A stretch of DNA of 64,000 nt from Psilocybe cubensis (taxonomy: Eukaryota): positions 2,666,001 to 2,730,000 of the forward strand of contig CM039000.1 of NCBI GenBank assembly GCA_017499595.2. Direction: 5' to 3'. Every line of letters begins with the position of its first letter. Position 1 is the first letter of the stretch. The translations under genes were made by a program, and so were the position numbers. Shown here piece by piece: positions 24,405 to 37,398 of this stretch. Under the pieces are notes generated by a model, which was not told where the DNA came from, did no database searches, and saw only the letters and a program-made list of their open reading frames with translations.

Positions 24405-25684
24405 TTATAGATACATATCTTCCCATTCGTCTTCTTCCAGATTATGGTTCCCTGGAGGCTCTGTGGAAGGTGCCGCCGCATTGGAGCTGGCCGATTGTTT
24501 GGCAGCTTGTTCAGCCCGTTCAACTTCGTCTATGAGATCCCACATTTCTTCATCCTCATCCATAGTCGAACTGGGTGCTGTCGTCGGAACAGGTAGGGAC
24601 TCGGACGAGGTATCATTGTTGAATTCATCTAATGATCTCCAGAAATCTTCTTGTTCGTCTTCGTCGCGACCAGAATTGGGTGGGGCTTCGAAACTTTGGG
24701 GGGAAGGTCGTTCCAACATGTCCCCTTCAGATGGAGGAGCAGAAAGAGGCGGCGACGATGCACGAGAGGGACTTGTGTTTTGGTTTTTTGATTGCCCATC
24801 TTCGTCTTCACTATCCTCCCCCTCACTGGTGTTGGTTTGCTTACTTGGCCGTCCGTGTGCCTCATCGCGCCAAACCGACAGTGCCACCTACAGAGGCTGT
24901 CACAAAATATATCATAACGTAGGAATTATTTATTTGGCTCACATTCATGCGACGTGAATGGCAAAGCTTTTCAACGCGCTCGACTGTGTCCCGGAATTGG
25001 GTTTTAGGGTATAGCTGATGCGTCCAGTATTGGTATGTCTGAAGTAGCCGATTTAAATCTGTTGCCTAGTACAGTGAACAGAGCACCAGGGTGATGAAAG
25101 TGACAATAACTTACCTCATGGCCTTTTCCTTTCATTCTAAAGTCCTTGGTCATCCTAATAAGTTCTGGAAACCCCGATTTACTAAGTAATCGATTTTCGT
25201 CGAGTTTTGCGAGCTTGCGGCGTTCCTTTTTCTCTTGTTTATCCGGATCATCCATCGTTCCACTTTTTGAGTTGCTTCTATTTGGATTCCCAGTATCTCG
25301 TTGGGGAGAACTGCTTGGAATGATCTGATGGGGCGTAAATGGCAGAGGCGCATCTCGTTTTGCCCGCTCCTCAGCTTGTCGTGCTAGTTCTGCGTCGCTG
25401 AGACGCGGTGCGAGCGGTTGAAAGGCTCCAACTTCTTCTTCATTATCAATATCTGCGAAAAGCGCGTCGATATCTATATCTTGCGCTGGAGGCGCTCTCT
25501 GCACGACCCTACTGGGTGGTACCTCAACATCATCGTCATCCGAGTCGGCAAGAAATAACGCCTGACGAGGGCGCTTCGTTGGTTGTGGCAGAATTTCTTC
25601 GCTATCATCTTCATTTACAATAGATTTGGGACGCTTTGGAGAGTCCTGGAGTATAGGTTCGTCCCATATGTTGTCGAGGTCCAT
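24405..25684 (-). CDS. CSM3: Replication fork protection complex subunit Csm3/Swi3/Tipin
   Basis: Swi3 domain KLDENRLLSKSGFPEL..KGKGHE|..DLNRLLQTYQYWTHQLYPKTQFRDTVERVEKLCHSRRM, with acidic disordered flanks. Confidence 0.9.
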
Positions 25685-25972
25685 TAGAGCGCGTTATTTA
25701 CGTTTATTTGTATCTGCATGATGCAGTTAAAATGTGACCGAGATGTGTGTGATGGGGCGCGTTCTCCACACAGGAGCCGGCACACTGTCGATGCTCAAAA
25801 AGCCTTGAAATAATATTCTATTCAAGCTTATTTACCAGATTTATATGGTCTCTATCTATCTATATACTTTATCTGCTCTAGATCCTTAAAATCGCTAGAA
25901 ACAAGACAGAAAGATAAGGTAAGATCGTGAGATTTGAACAGTGACTTGGTCACAATGTGACAGAATACATTG

Positions 25973-25990
25973 ACGCGTCGACGCGACGCA
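25973..25990. promoter_or_regulatory. Tandem MCB-like boxes (ACGCGT-CG-ACGCGA) in the CSM3/PRI2 divergent promoter
   Basis: ACGCGT at 25973-25978 and ACGCGA at 25981-25986; further CGCGTT cores near 25690 and 25758. Confidence 0.55.
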
Positions 25991-26062
25991 TGCCTTCTTT
26001 ACACCCGACTCTCACCATCTCTGCCATATATCTTTCAATTAACCTGTGATCTTCTATAAACC

Positions 26063-27845
26063 ATGTTTAAAGGCGGTCAGAGCACGTCAAATGATTATGG
26101 CTCTTTTCAGGTCGAAAATTTTGGCACTCTTAAATACCCATTCACACTCAACTTGTGAGTCTCACCAAAGGTCCCCGATTCGAATTGTCGATTTAATCAC
26201 TCCTACCAACAGCTACGATGAGCCACCCACGTTTGATGTTACCATTGAAGACTTTGAAACGTCAGCTTTGGACCGCCTTCGCATACTTGCAGAAATCGAA
26301 TCATCCGCCGCCCGCAATAGGTCCTGGGAGGAAACCAAACAAGTGACATCCGCTCAATGTTCAAAATATCTTCCTCTGAGTCCTACCATGACCAAAAGCC
26401 TCGAACGAGACGCTCAGAGACGAAGAGATCACCTTAGCCATTTCGTGCTGCGATTAGCTTTCTGCCGTTCGTACGTGACTGTGTCTGAACTCTCTTGGAC
26501 CGTGCTTACGATCAACAGGGAGGATCTGAGGCGTAGGTTTGTCAAAGCAGAGACAACATTGTTCAAAATTCGCTACGACGAGGATATAGCGACTGAGCGG
26601 GAGGCTTTTCTCAATTCACGAGATTTTAACTGGATACCGGTGCGTAGCCTTCTGTACTTGAATTTACATTTACGAATGTTTTCTAGGTCGATCCTAACGA
26701 AGCACTATCTGTAGACAAGGATTACCGCAAATCAGAAAAATACTATAAGGTTTTTTAATCTCTATCAATCAACGTGTTTGCACTTATTCACAAAAAAACT
26801 AGGTAAAATGGACACGGGTTCCAGATCTCGTGGAAAAACGCAAAGTCGTCCTGAAAGGTGGCTGGGCATACGTTCCCAGTCGTGAGCTATCCAGTATCGT
26901 GTTTCAGGAGTTTGAAGTCCGTTTAGAAAAGGCATTGGAGGTGACTGTCCCAATCTATGAAGCAGAGAACCATTTCTGATTTAATTATTCAGACGACAGC
27001 TCGTCTACTGCCTCGTTTAGACGAAGACACGCGGATTGTACCTATTCTTGACAACCTTTCTCAAGGCTTTTTATCGGGCATCTCCTCAGATTGGGCTAAT
27101 AACTCTGGCCAAACAAATTCCGATGAACTTAAAGCTGAGCAAATTGATGATTTAGCGAAGAAACATTTCCCACTGTGTATGAGAACTTTACATAGCACCT
27201 TGCAAAGGGATCATCACTTGAAGTATGCTGGACGTCAACAGTACGGATTGTTCTTGAAGGTGAGGCATAAATATGACTATCGTGCCTTTTGCAGATCCCT
27301 TATTCTTATAACTCAAGGTCTTGGGTTTGTCGATTGAGGAGTCCGTGGCATTTTGGCGGAAATCCTTCAGCGGATTTACAGATGACCAATTCAACAAAAA
27401 GTACAAGTATAACATTCGCCATCACTACGGTTTAGAGGGTAAAAGGGTAAATTATCCCGCACGAAGGTAATAGAACACTTGCCCGTTTTTGCTACAATAC
27501 TAAAATGTAATTCCCAGTTGCATGCAACTGCTCATGGATTCCGGGGCTTCGGATCATGGTTGCCCATACCGAACATATTCCCCCGAAAATTTACAAACAG
27601 CACTCCTATCGGCATATTCGCCGCTTGGGCTTCGGCAGTCAGATCTGGGAGAAGTAATGGCTGCCGTCAACACCAAGCACTTCCATGTGGCATGCACTCG
27701 TGTGTACGAAATAACGCATGCTTCAAATGGTGTGAGCAAGGGCCAAGGTCTGGGTAATGGAGAGAGCGTAACTCATCCCAACGAATACGCGGCGAAGAGT
27801 ATGGAATTGCTGAAGTCAAGTGAAGCTATGGTTGTTGATTCGTGA
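26063..27845 (+). CDS. PRI2: DNA primase large (Fe-S) subunit
   Basis: KYPFTLNF|YDEPP, FETSALDRLRIL, RRDHLSHFVLRLAFCRS, HFPLCMRTLH..HHLKYAGRQQYGLFLK, YNIRHHYGLEGKRVNYPARSC, HGCPYR, HFHVACTRVYE, HPNEY (four Fe-S cysteines present). Confidence 0.95.
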
Positions 27846-28036
27846 AGAATTGTTAGTTTAGTGTGATAGCCTGCTATTTATATGAGTCTACATGTAATGC
27901 ACAGCCTGCCTTGTCGAGTCTTGATGCATGTGTTATACTTTGTGACAAGTTGGTGACGACGGCGGTGACTAGAATAGTACTGACGCATAATCAACCGGCT
28001 CGACCCCCTTTTCTTGACCACCTCCATCTTATGATA

Positions 28037-28876
28037 ATGTCCCGACGAAAATCTTCGACGACCACCCCAGACATGGACGAACTCAAAACTACGGCCTTGC
28101 ACCAGTACCAGGACACAGATGGCCACTTTTCGCTTGTTAGGTGAGCAGATTTACTGTGGAGAAACCTTTGCACAAGTTGATGTCGCAACATCTATTCTTT
28201 CTCTCTAGGAATTTCCGACTTGCCGACCTTGTTACTATCATGAATGGCGTCTGCGGCTCTTTCTCAATTTTTTCATCAGCTCGTTACCTCCTGACGAACG
28301 ACCCGGAATACCTTTGGACCGCCATGATCTTTCCACTAGCCGGCCTCATGTTCGATTTTATGGATGGAAAGGTGGCAAGGTGGAGAAAGTCGAGCAGTAT
28401 GTTGGGACAAGAATTGGACAGCTTAGCAGATCTGGTGCGCAACTTCCCTTCACTTGGAATCTTTTGATCTTACTTGAATGATCTGGCAGATCTCATTTGG
28501 AGTTGCTCCCTCTCTCCTTGCATTTGTCGTAGGGCTCAGAACGTATCTTGATACGGTGATACTCACAGGATTCATTTGCTGTGGTCTTGCTCGTCTTGCA
28601 CGATTCAACGCAACGGTTGCTCTCATTCCCAAAAACGACGGAGGAAAAGCGAAATATTTTGAGGGTCTTCCGATTCCTTCATCTCTTGGACTGGTCGGTG
28701 TCCTTTCGTACTGGGCAAAGAAAGGTTGGATTGAAGGGCAGCAAGGCATCCCATGGGGCACCACTACTTTATGGGGTGTCAAGGGAGGACGAGGCGAAGT
28801 TCATTTGGTCAGCTTCATCTTCGCATTCTGGGCTGCAGCCATGGTCAGCAAAACTTTGAGGGTCCCCAAACCCTGA
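28037..28876 (+). CDS. CHO1: CDP-diacylglycerol--serine O-phosphatidyltransferase (phosphatidylserine synthase)
   Basis: GHFSLVRNFRLADLVTIMNG; CDP-alcohol phosphotransferase motif DFMDGKVARWRKSSSMLGQELDSLADL|ISFGVAP; CGLARLARFN; YFEGLPIP; MVSKTLRVPKP. Confidence 0.93.
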
Positions 28877-29177
28877 TTTTTTTCAGCGAACGGAAAATAT
28901 TGCACTTCGTGAAAGGTTATTAAGTACCCGACGATTCTTTACCAGCAGTTATTTACGAAGTACTTTATCATGTCGTACCATGGCGTCTACGCCGTAGTTT
29001 GTACTCACTTTCAATTGGTTTTCCGTTGCCGACGGCAAGCGTGATTATTTTGGCACGATAAATTACAGCATGCTCTCCCGTGACAGGCGCGTCTTTTGAT
29101 ATCTGTCTTTCAACATCACGCCAAACGCGTGTTTAACCTCTACCAACCTTGTACAATATCTCTTTTTACTTGATATC

Positions 29178-30469
29178 ATGGTCACCCCTGGTGATGTCGA
29201 CCGACTTTTTCTCCAAGCTGTCCTTTCTCGCGGTATTATGTCAATCGAGCTTGCTCAACTCCTTTGGGGAAAATGTATCAAAGCTGTAAATGGTTTGCGT
29301 GATTTAGCTTTCGGCGCGTCTTTGGAGAAAGCTAATTTCACCGCGATCAGACTCCGATAGTACCCTAAAAATTCCCCACCGACAAGATAGGCAATCCTGG
29401 GAGGCTTTTATTTCGAAAATTAACGATTCATTGGATAAATTGGAGCTGGAATTCCGCACATTACGTGACGAGACGACTGGTAAAGAGATGTATGCATTGG
29501 CAAGTTAATTCCATTTTATCTAATGTTCATAGCATACCTATTCAAATCATCTGTATTTCAGGTTAATTTGAAAGGGGACGAGGTCGCGCAGCTCGCTACC
29601 GATTACACGCCTCCAGAGATCACCTTTTTCAAAGCGATTGTACGTTTAAATTCGATTTTACTCTAACCATTTGTTCAGCAATTCCCATTAAAACATAATA
29701 GGTGGAACAAATCATGCTGGCACCAAATGAATCATTTGTGATATCCGATATGGCTGCCCTCAGAGAGCCTAGTGCGATTGGGCTGACGACCGTTACCAAA
29801 ATACAAGCAGAGATCATCCTAGCAAGTTTTGTACAGAAAGGATGGCTACTAAAAAGCAGGTGTGTGCTGCTCTATTGGGACCTTTAATTAGACTTTCGAT
29901 GTTTGCCTCTTCATCAGGGCCGGTCGCTATACTCTTTCCACTCGTTCTCTCATTGAACTACAGCCTTATCTCAAATCCCACTACCCTGACGAAATCCTTG
30001 AATGTACAATTTGCATGGAGGTACGCGGTGCTCTTTTTTTATATTGATATTAATCTCTGATTCTTATTAGATTTTGACTCGCGGAGTTGCATGCCACACT
30101 GCAAACTGTAAAGCCCGATTACATTTCCACTGCTTCACAACTTATCGACGAAGGCATGGGGGTTGCCCCTCATGCAGCGCTCCTTGGCCAGCCAACGCAA
30201 GGGACCATCCCTTGGTCCCAGTTGGAGAAGGCGCTTATAGCGGTTTAAATAACCAAAGGCGCACTCGGACAACCACTCCGAGTGAAGGAGATGAAAACGA
30301 AGAATTGGAGGAGTTGGAGGAGCCAACGCAAAACGCTGCGCCTGCTGAAGGAGCTTCCAAACAGCCTGTTGAAATCAAAAAAGAACGTCGTGGAGCGGAT
30401 ATGGATGTGGGCGGCGAAGAAGACGTACCAACGCAACCAACACAGCGGCGCAGAAGTGGAAGGCATTGA
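29178..30469 (+). CDS. NSE1: Smc5/6 complex non-SMC element 1 (winged-helix plus RING-like)
   Basis: RLFLQAVLSRG; YALVNLKGDEVAQLATDYTPPEITFFKAIVEQI; FVQKGWLLKS..YTLSTRSLIELQPYL; RING-like CTICMEI..C...C..RLHFHC..CPSC. Confidence 0.9.
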
Positions 30470-30559
30470 TACTACACGTTTTAATGTTGCGCAATATACT
30501 GTACCCGTATTATAGACTATATTTTACTTTCTGGTGTTCATGATCTAGTCGTTAATAAA

Positions 30560-33500
30560 TTACTCCTTGGATACCCTACTGTCGCCAGGTTTATCCAGAT
30601 GATTGTTGATAAACCCAAAACGTCCCTTGCCCCAAACCTGATGTTTCTTTTTATCTCTGCGACCTTCACCGAACTCGTCATTCCATTTCCTCAGATCAGC
30701 GAGGCTTCCCAAAGCCTCAGAAGACGAAGGTGTAATCTCCTTCAGAGCTTGAGTAAAGTTGTGAAGATGAAGAGTCCGTGTCTTCTCGACAATTCCTGGA
30801 GTCGCATGCAGTGTCTCCGCGGTACTCTCCAGCACTGGTTCCTGGGTGGGTGTAGGTAAAATCTCTTGTGTACGAACGCCCTGCGCCTCAGTAGGCGCGA
30901 CTAATTCGTCGGATGGGATCGTAGGAGAGATATCAAGGGGAGCCGGTAAGTCGGGAAGCAAGTCGGTCTGAGGGGTTGATTGAACGGCATCCAGAGGAAC
31001 GGAGCGCTTCGTTGTCACACTGATTGCAGTTACATTATGCCTCGATACCCAAGGCAGTTGCATATGCTCTTTGACTGAATCCAAAGCTGCTGAGACACAC
31101 AGGTCTACAACATGGTCAGTATTGTTGGTAATAGTGATAATGCTCAAATTGGCTTACGTTTGAGGTCCGATCCAGAAAATCCGTCAGTCTGCTTTGCCAG
31201 GGCGTCGATGCTGAGATCAGGAGCCAGATTTTCATCTCGGAGGAGAATTTTCAAGATTTCTACAGATATCGATAGGTCAGCAGACCTAGATGAAAATATT
31301 AAAAGATGTGAGATACCTTTGCGCTCTTTTTCGCCAGGAAGGTCGACAAGCAATCTGCGAGGGAGACGACGAAGTACTGCATCGTCAAGGTCGAAGGGTC
31401 TGTTGGTGGCGCCAATGACAATAACGTTATCCTCTTTGGAAGACTTGAGGCCATCCATTTCCTGCATGAATTCCGTGATGATACCTCGGTGAGCGAAGGC
31501 GCTTCCACTATCACGGGCAGACATGCGAGCACCAAACAAAGCGTCAATTTCATCCAAGAACACGACACAAGGAGAAAGTTTTCGGGCAAGAGCAAAAACT
31601 GCCCTCACAAGCTTTTCGCCTTCTCCGACGTACTAAAAACTGATAAACAAATCTCGGCTATACAATAAAGAGGAAATAGCGCACCATATCCATGACGTCC
31701 GATGGAGACACTGCAAGCATGCGACATCCTGCTTCCTTGGCAAGAGCACGAACGGCCAAAGTTTTTCCTGTTCCTGGAGGTCCAAAGAGAAGACAACCAG
31801 TCATTGTATGTTCCTTGAGAATACCTTGCTGAAACGCGTGAGGATGAAGCAGCGGTAGTGATACAATCGTGCGAATCGAATCGATTGTATGACTGGGTAG
31901 GTGGACCTGTTTGAATGTCGTCGTTATTGACCCTGAAAGATACTTCAATATCGAAACGGCAAGATAGACATATAGACCCACCAGAATCAACGATGCAAGG
32001 CAATAATCGAGCTTCGTGTTGGTCAAGTTCAGGGTCATTTTTGAGGCTTTCGACAACCTTATCCCCTTCGGTTCCAGCATTTTCTACCTTTTCTTGTTCT
32101 CCTTCGACATCATCACGGTCCACAAGACTACCCATTATATCTTTCATCCAGTCCCTCTTTGTGTCGTTCATAGAATAGCACGACTTCCACGCACTTCGGA
32201 TTGCCGACCATGGTATGATAGTGGGTGCTAATGTGACCTTTTCATGATCGTTGAAAGAAGTCTGAGAGGCCAGAACACTCCCCATAGCCCGATCAGAGAT
32301 TTTACGAACGTCAGACCAGACTTCGACCTTATTTCCCCAGGTTTCCCAAATGGATCCTGTTGATGTTTTCGACGTCGAAGAACCAGAAATTGCGGAATCC
32401 GAAGATGGAGCTCCTGCAGAATCCAATGAAGCAAATTCAGAGGAAGCTGGTGTCGCTTCTATTGTGCCGCCAATTGCACCGACTCCCATCCGCATAATAA
32501 GTTCATTGATTTCTCGTCTCCTGGCAATGCGAATTTCCCGTTCTTTGGATATTGATCGTGAGCTTGGAACAAGCACAGATGCCCGGAAGAACCGCGAATT
32601 GGATTCGCTTGACGGTTCTGAGGAGAGGTCCAAGTTTAGCATGTGAGGCAAAGAAACTTGAGAATCCGGTCCACCGATGAGCACGATGCCCGATTTTGAG
32701 GAGTTATCGCCCTCAGGGGAGTCCGATAAACTAGGGAATTCATCATGCAAAGAGCTCGTATTCTTTGCCCATTTGCGTAGTCTTGAACGGAGCCTTTTCT
32801 CCCTTGCAGCCTCCGCAACCTCACTTTCACTCCAATCAAATGCATTTTCTGCTTTTCCTGCGGGTGTCATTTGTGAAGGGCTTGAAGGGTTGGCAAAGGG
32901 GCGACTATTGAGTAGATTTATGAAATTACTGCCGTTGAATCCCGCTGCTCCGCTACTTGAGGGGTGTGTGACCGACGGTGTCATACCAAAGATGATTGTC
33001 ACTGGGGATGAAGTCGTATTAGAGATACGGGACAAAATTTTCTTTCGTCGCTGTCGCACAGCCGCGAGTAGAGAGGGATACCATGTTGAGGAAGATGGTG
33101 CTAAAGTCGGAAAATCGCGAATGTAGATGAGGCGTGGACGGTTTTTCACAGTAAGTGATGATTCTCCAAGTTCTTCTGCAGGTAGTGGCATATTGACAAG
33201 ACTTTCAAAGAAGGTATCTAATTTTGATGGGGAAGATGGTTTCCGTGAATTTGGGGCCAACAGATTGCGACCAACAGCAGAGGTCAAGATTTTCGGCAAA
33301 GTAAAGGACACCTTGGTAGGTGCCGCAAACATAAGCTGTGACCCTTCATCTTCCTCAAGATCATCTTCTCGGTCTTCTTTTGCCTTCCGGGTACGGTTCG
33401 CCAGTGATGAGGTTGGCGGTGAGGCAAAATGTAGTGGATTATCCGGAAGATTCAACGCGCTTGCACCTGTAAACGTTGGTTCGGTACTGTGGGAAGATAG

Positions 33501-34211
33501 AAGACAACATCACACACCTTTTCCAAACGCTCCCCATTCCCCAGCTGCTAGCTGTACACTATCGAGCACCAGGACCTCGGAACCCGTTCGAAATGCAAGC
33601 TCCCGAACAGTATTATCAATCACGTAGTCCCCTCCCTCGATTGGACAATAAAGTCCAAGAGTCGGTTCAATGGGTCGAGTCGAGGGTCCAGACGCAAGCA
33701 TTGCTCTATGTTGATTCTGAGGGTGGAGGGTAATCATGAGGTTGTCCAATGCTTCATTGAATATTTCGGGTGGGGGAAGTGCATCTTTGTCACCCGCATC
33801 CATCTGACTCTGGGTTGGCGCAAAGAGAATTTCAGCATCTAGTCCCGCTGGAAGTTGAACAGAGTCCCCTTCCCTTGGACTCCCGGGAGAGGATGTGCTA
33901 GTTCGTATTCTTCTAGGTTTTAGAATTGTCTTCTCCAGGTCCTCAACGGCGGAGTCTTTCGGGGGTGTAGGCTCGACTGAAGATTCCTCTGCTGCTCCAT
34001 TGATTTCTTCTGTACACCATGCGTTAGTTTCATGACCTGAAGGTAATCCAGTTGACGACAATGATCGGTTAAAGGAGGGTGCATTTGCCAAAAATCCAAG
34101 GCGTTTGTATCGCAGGGACCGCGAACTAGTTAATGGTGTATTATGGTAAGCGCCAGTCGAAGTCTGTCTGAGCCACGCATGCGACTTGCGCAAGAAAGAG
34201 TTCGACCTCAT
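30560..34211 (-). CDS. Large Msp1/ATAD1-like AAA+ ATPase with long N-terminal region, probably mitochondrial
   Basis: Walker [14 protein letters not shown]; Walker [12 protein letters not shown]; second region of homology [51 protein letters not shown]; Arg/Ser-rich N-terminus. Confidence 0.88.
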
Positions 34212-34555
34212 TCAGCAGAGATGACTTTCTATCTTGCTGTGATGTGCAATCCGACGAGTAGCGTTAGTAGAAAGAGAGTTGTAAGCTTCATTTATGGAGT
34301 TGTAATTTATTAGCCAGTGTATCACGTGTGCGCTATACCTTGAACATTCAACGTACAATTGTCATCAACCTGCGCTTCTTGTAACATGAAACAGAGTTTG
34401 TAATGACTAGATACAATGATTTCATTGCAGCGAAAAATGGGAAAAAATTATAGATTGTCCACAAAATATTGGAAGAGGTTGTAACATAACCTTCACTGTT
34501 AAATATATGTATAGAGAATATATCTAAAGGTCCAAAGGAAAAACCTATTGGGCTC

Positions 34556-35597
34556 TCAAGTACTATGATGCTTTTCATCTGACTCTACCGCCTTCCTCGA
34601 CGCCTCCGCCTGTGCTATCCTAGCCGCAGCCCGCTCCGCCAAGTCTACTCCAACAAGAATCTTTGAGGCCTTCCACAACTGGACAACATTAATGATATTC
34701 TTCAGAGCGAAGATGAAGAAAGTGGGAACAGCCAGTAGTTCTGGGTACGTCCAGGTTTCGAGGAGTGGGAGGCCAAGCGGTGTGGTGTTCCATTTCATGA
34801 GATACAGACATACGAAAAACAACTCGTTGCCGGCGCAAACAAAAAAGAGTGTTCGCTATTAATATGCCGCTGTCAATATTGCGTGGACAGTCGTTGATTT
34901 TAGGCTGAGATACACACCGAATCGTTATAGTACATCCATAGGATACGGCTGACCTCACTGGTGACCAATTTATGACTGGTGGAACCGGTGACAAGAGAAC
35001 TAGGAATAAACCGTGTAAGTCTTCTACCCACCAGACATCACCGAAACGTCCGGCACGCTTACCTATACATGTGCATATAATGACTGCTAAAGTCCAGCGC
35101 GATAAGGAATTGGAAGAAAAGTGTAAACTTGGGATAGGCAATGGATAAATAGCACAGTAGGCATGACGTGGTGCAACTAGAAGGGCAAAGGGCGTCCTTT
35201 AGTAGGCTCAGAAACTGGAATTAACAAGGAGACACACCGATCTGTGACCATATCCAATACTGCTCCAAACTTTGATGTTTGACCGAGCGCTCGCGCGGCC
35301 ATTCCATCCACGGCATCCAAAAGACATGAAACACCATACAGTAGAGTACAGTACACAGGGTGATGGCTCATATAGTACAGCGAGAATGCAGCCATGATAA
35401 CACGCGTGTAGCCTAGGGAGGTTATGCGTTAACAGCATGCGTCAAAATTGCGTTGGCGGGGGCTTGCCTATAAGATTGGGCACAAAGAGGAATACATTCT
35501 CCGAATACGACTGGGCAGTGGCAAGATCAACGGCCTGTTTGGCGTCGACAATTTCGCGAGACTGCCGTCGGCGACGCGTCGAGTTCGACTTTGCCAT
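34556..35597 (-). CDS. PIS1: CDP-diacylglycerol--inositol 3-phosphatidyltransferase (phosphatidylinositol synthase)
   Basis: ENVFLFVPNLIG|YTRV; SCLLDAVDGMAARALGQTSKFGAVLDMVTDRC; LDFSSHYMHMY; LFFVCAGNELFF; KNIINVVQLWKAS. Confidence 0.94.
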
Positions 35598-36077
35598 TGC
35601 AGGTGGGGCGTCAGAGGGGGTTTAAAGGAAATACGGTTATTATAAGTCTTGAATTACGGTCTTGAAGGTATACAACGCGGGCCAGTTGGACGCCGCTATT
35701 AAGGAAAGCTAGGTGTAGCACTGTCACCGCAGTAAGAGGATGTCCGTGGTTGATGGCAGGAAATTTCAAGTTGGACGATGCAGGGTAAGAGCCAAGGCCC
35801 AAACCGTGACGGCCCGCCACATCATCTTCCCTGTTTGATGGCCGACTTTTCTACTTCAAGCATGTTCTCGGCCTCGCTAACGCAACTGGAACACAGAACT
35901 ATCATAATCTTGCATATGTAATGGTCCCAGGGCTAAGGAAGTAATAAAGAAGCAAAAGAAACATAAATCCGTGATAAATCGTAAAGTCATTACTGAATGG
36001 TGAAAGGTATGATACAAAGGTGTCCAAATGAATAAATACGATAAATTCCGTAGCACAGATATTCCACAATCAGAGTT

Positions 36078-37398
36078 CTATTTCCTCCCAAAGACAACAC
36101 CGAGAACAATTGCGAGGATGACTAAAACAAGCACGAAAATTCCAAAGCATATCCATCGACTCCTACGGTAAGATCGGGCTGTAGGTAGCAATGGTCAGTC
36201 TCGGTCGAATCAGACGGTCAGGAGGGGGTATTACCATGTACAACTGCTTGGTCAGTATTTTCGAGTCTATGAAAGGCAGTTTAGAGGTATGCGGATGTTA
36301 CTCGGAAGAATGACATACGCTTTTCTGGTATCCACTGTTACGTTTTGGGCAGTCTGCTCAACATTGTTAATGACCGCGTCTTGTTGTTCCACAAGAGTTG
36401 CCATCTGAAGCATAGTATGTTAATTTGGTCCTGTGAGGAACTGGAAATGCGTACGTCGGAAAACAGTTGAGCTAATTCGGCCAAAGTGCGCTCTACTCTT
36501 TTTAAGTCTTCTTGTCGTTCCTGAACCTCCCTATACGCGGCTCGAGACTCGCCATACCGTGTCGAATTGGTCAACTATGGACGGGATCAGAACACAAAAT
36601 AGCCAAAATAACTGTGCTTACTGCTTGGGCAAATATCTGTTGTCCACCTCCGCCATCAATAGCAGCGGCAACTTCTTCACGCGTCGCGTCAGGCTTGACT
36701 AAGCACACTATGTTCAGAGATTGATAGTTAGAGAGTTAAGAAGCACAGTACCAATTAGCAATTGCCTTTCCACCCTCTGTTTCGCTTTTGCTCGACTTTC
36801 CTGCTCTTCGCGTTGATAGTCTTGCAGCGCTTCAAGAAATTTTGTCCGAAGGACGGCCAACTGTGATATGTTTACGTTTTAAAGGAGGTTTTAGAAGCGG
36901 GTATTAGACCCACCCTGTTATTCCGCAGTTGCACATCATGCCTAGACGGTGTGCTCTCCATTTGACGAATCCTTTCTTTTAGTTCCTGCATCAGAACACG
37001 TGTTTCACTGGTCAATTCGTCTATTCTTCCCGCGTTGTGGGTGGAGTCATCAATGGCGTTTAAAGATTGTGTTCGCAGAGCTGCAATCTGGGCGACATTG
37101 TCCCTCATCTGCTGGATTCCATTCTGTATTGAGGTGTCCTGTGTTGCGTGCTATTATGAGCTGAGGGTCACTGAACGAGGATTGGCGCAGACAAACCTCT
37201 GCCAGGAACGCCGCCAGATCTGAGAGACCCCCACCAGGAGTACTTGCAGTCACGGGAGTTTGGACTTGTGGGATGCCCGAAAGCTCGATTGGCTGCTCCC
37301 TCTGTGCCTAAAACAAACCAAGTTTGGGATGCAATGAAAGAGATACTGTAAAATACTCTGCGTACCCGTGAGGCGGCCAGACGATCCCTGTAAGCCAT
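36078..37398 (-). CDS. SSO1: Plasma-membrane syntaxin (Sso1/Sso2-like t-SNARE)
   Basis: Habc helices; SNARE motif AYREVQERQEDLKRVERTLAELAQLFSD|MATLVEQQD; C-terminal ARSYRRSRWICFGIFVLVLVILAIVLGVVFGRK tail anchor. Confidence 0.85.
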
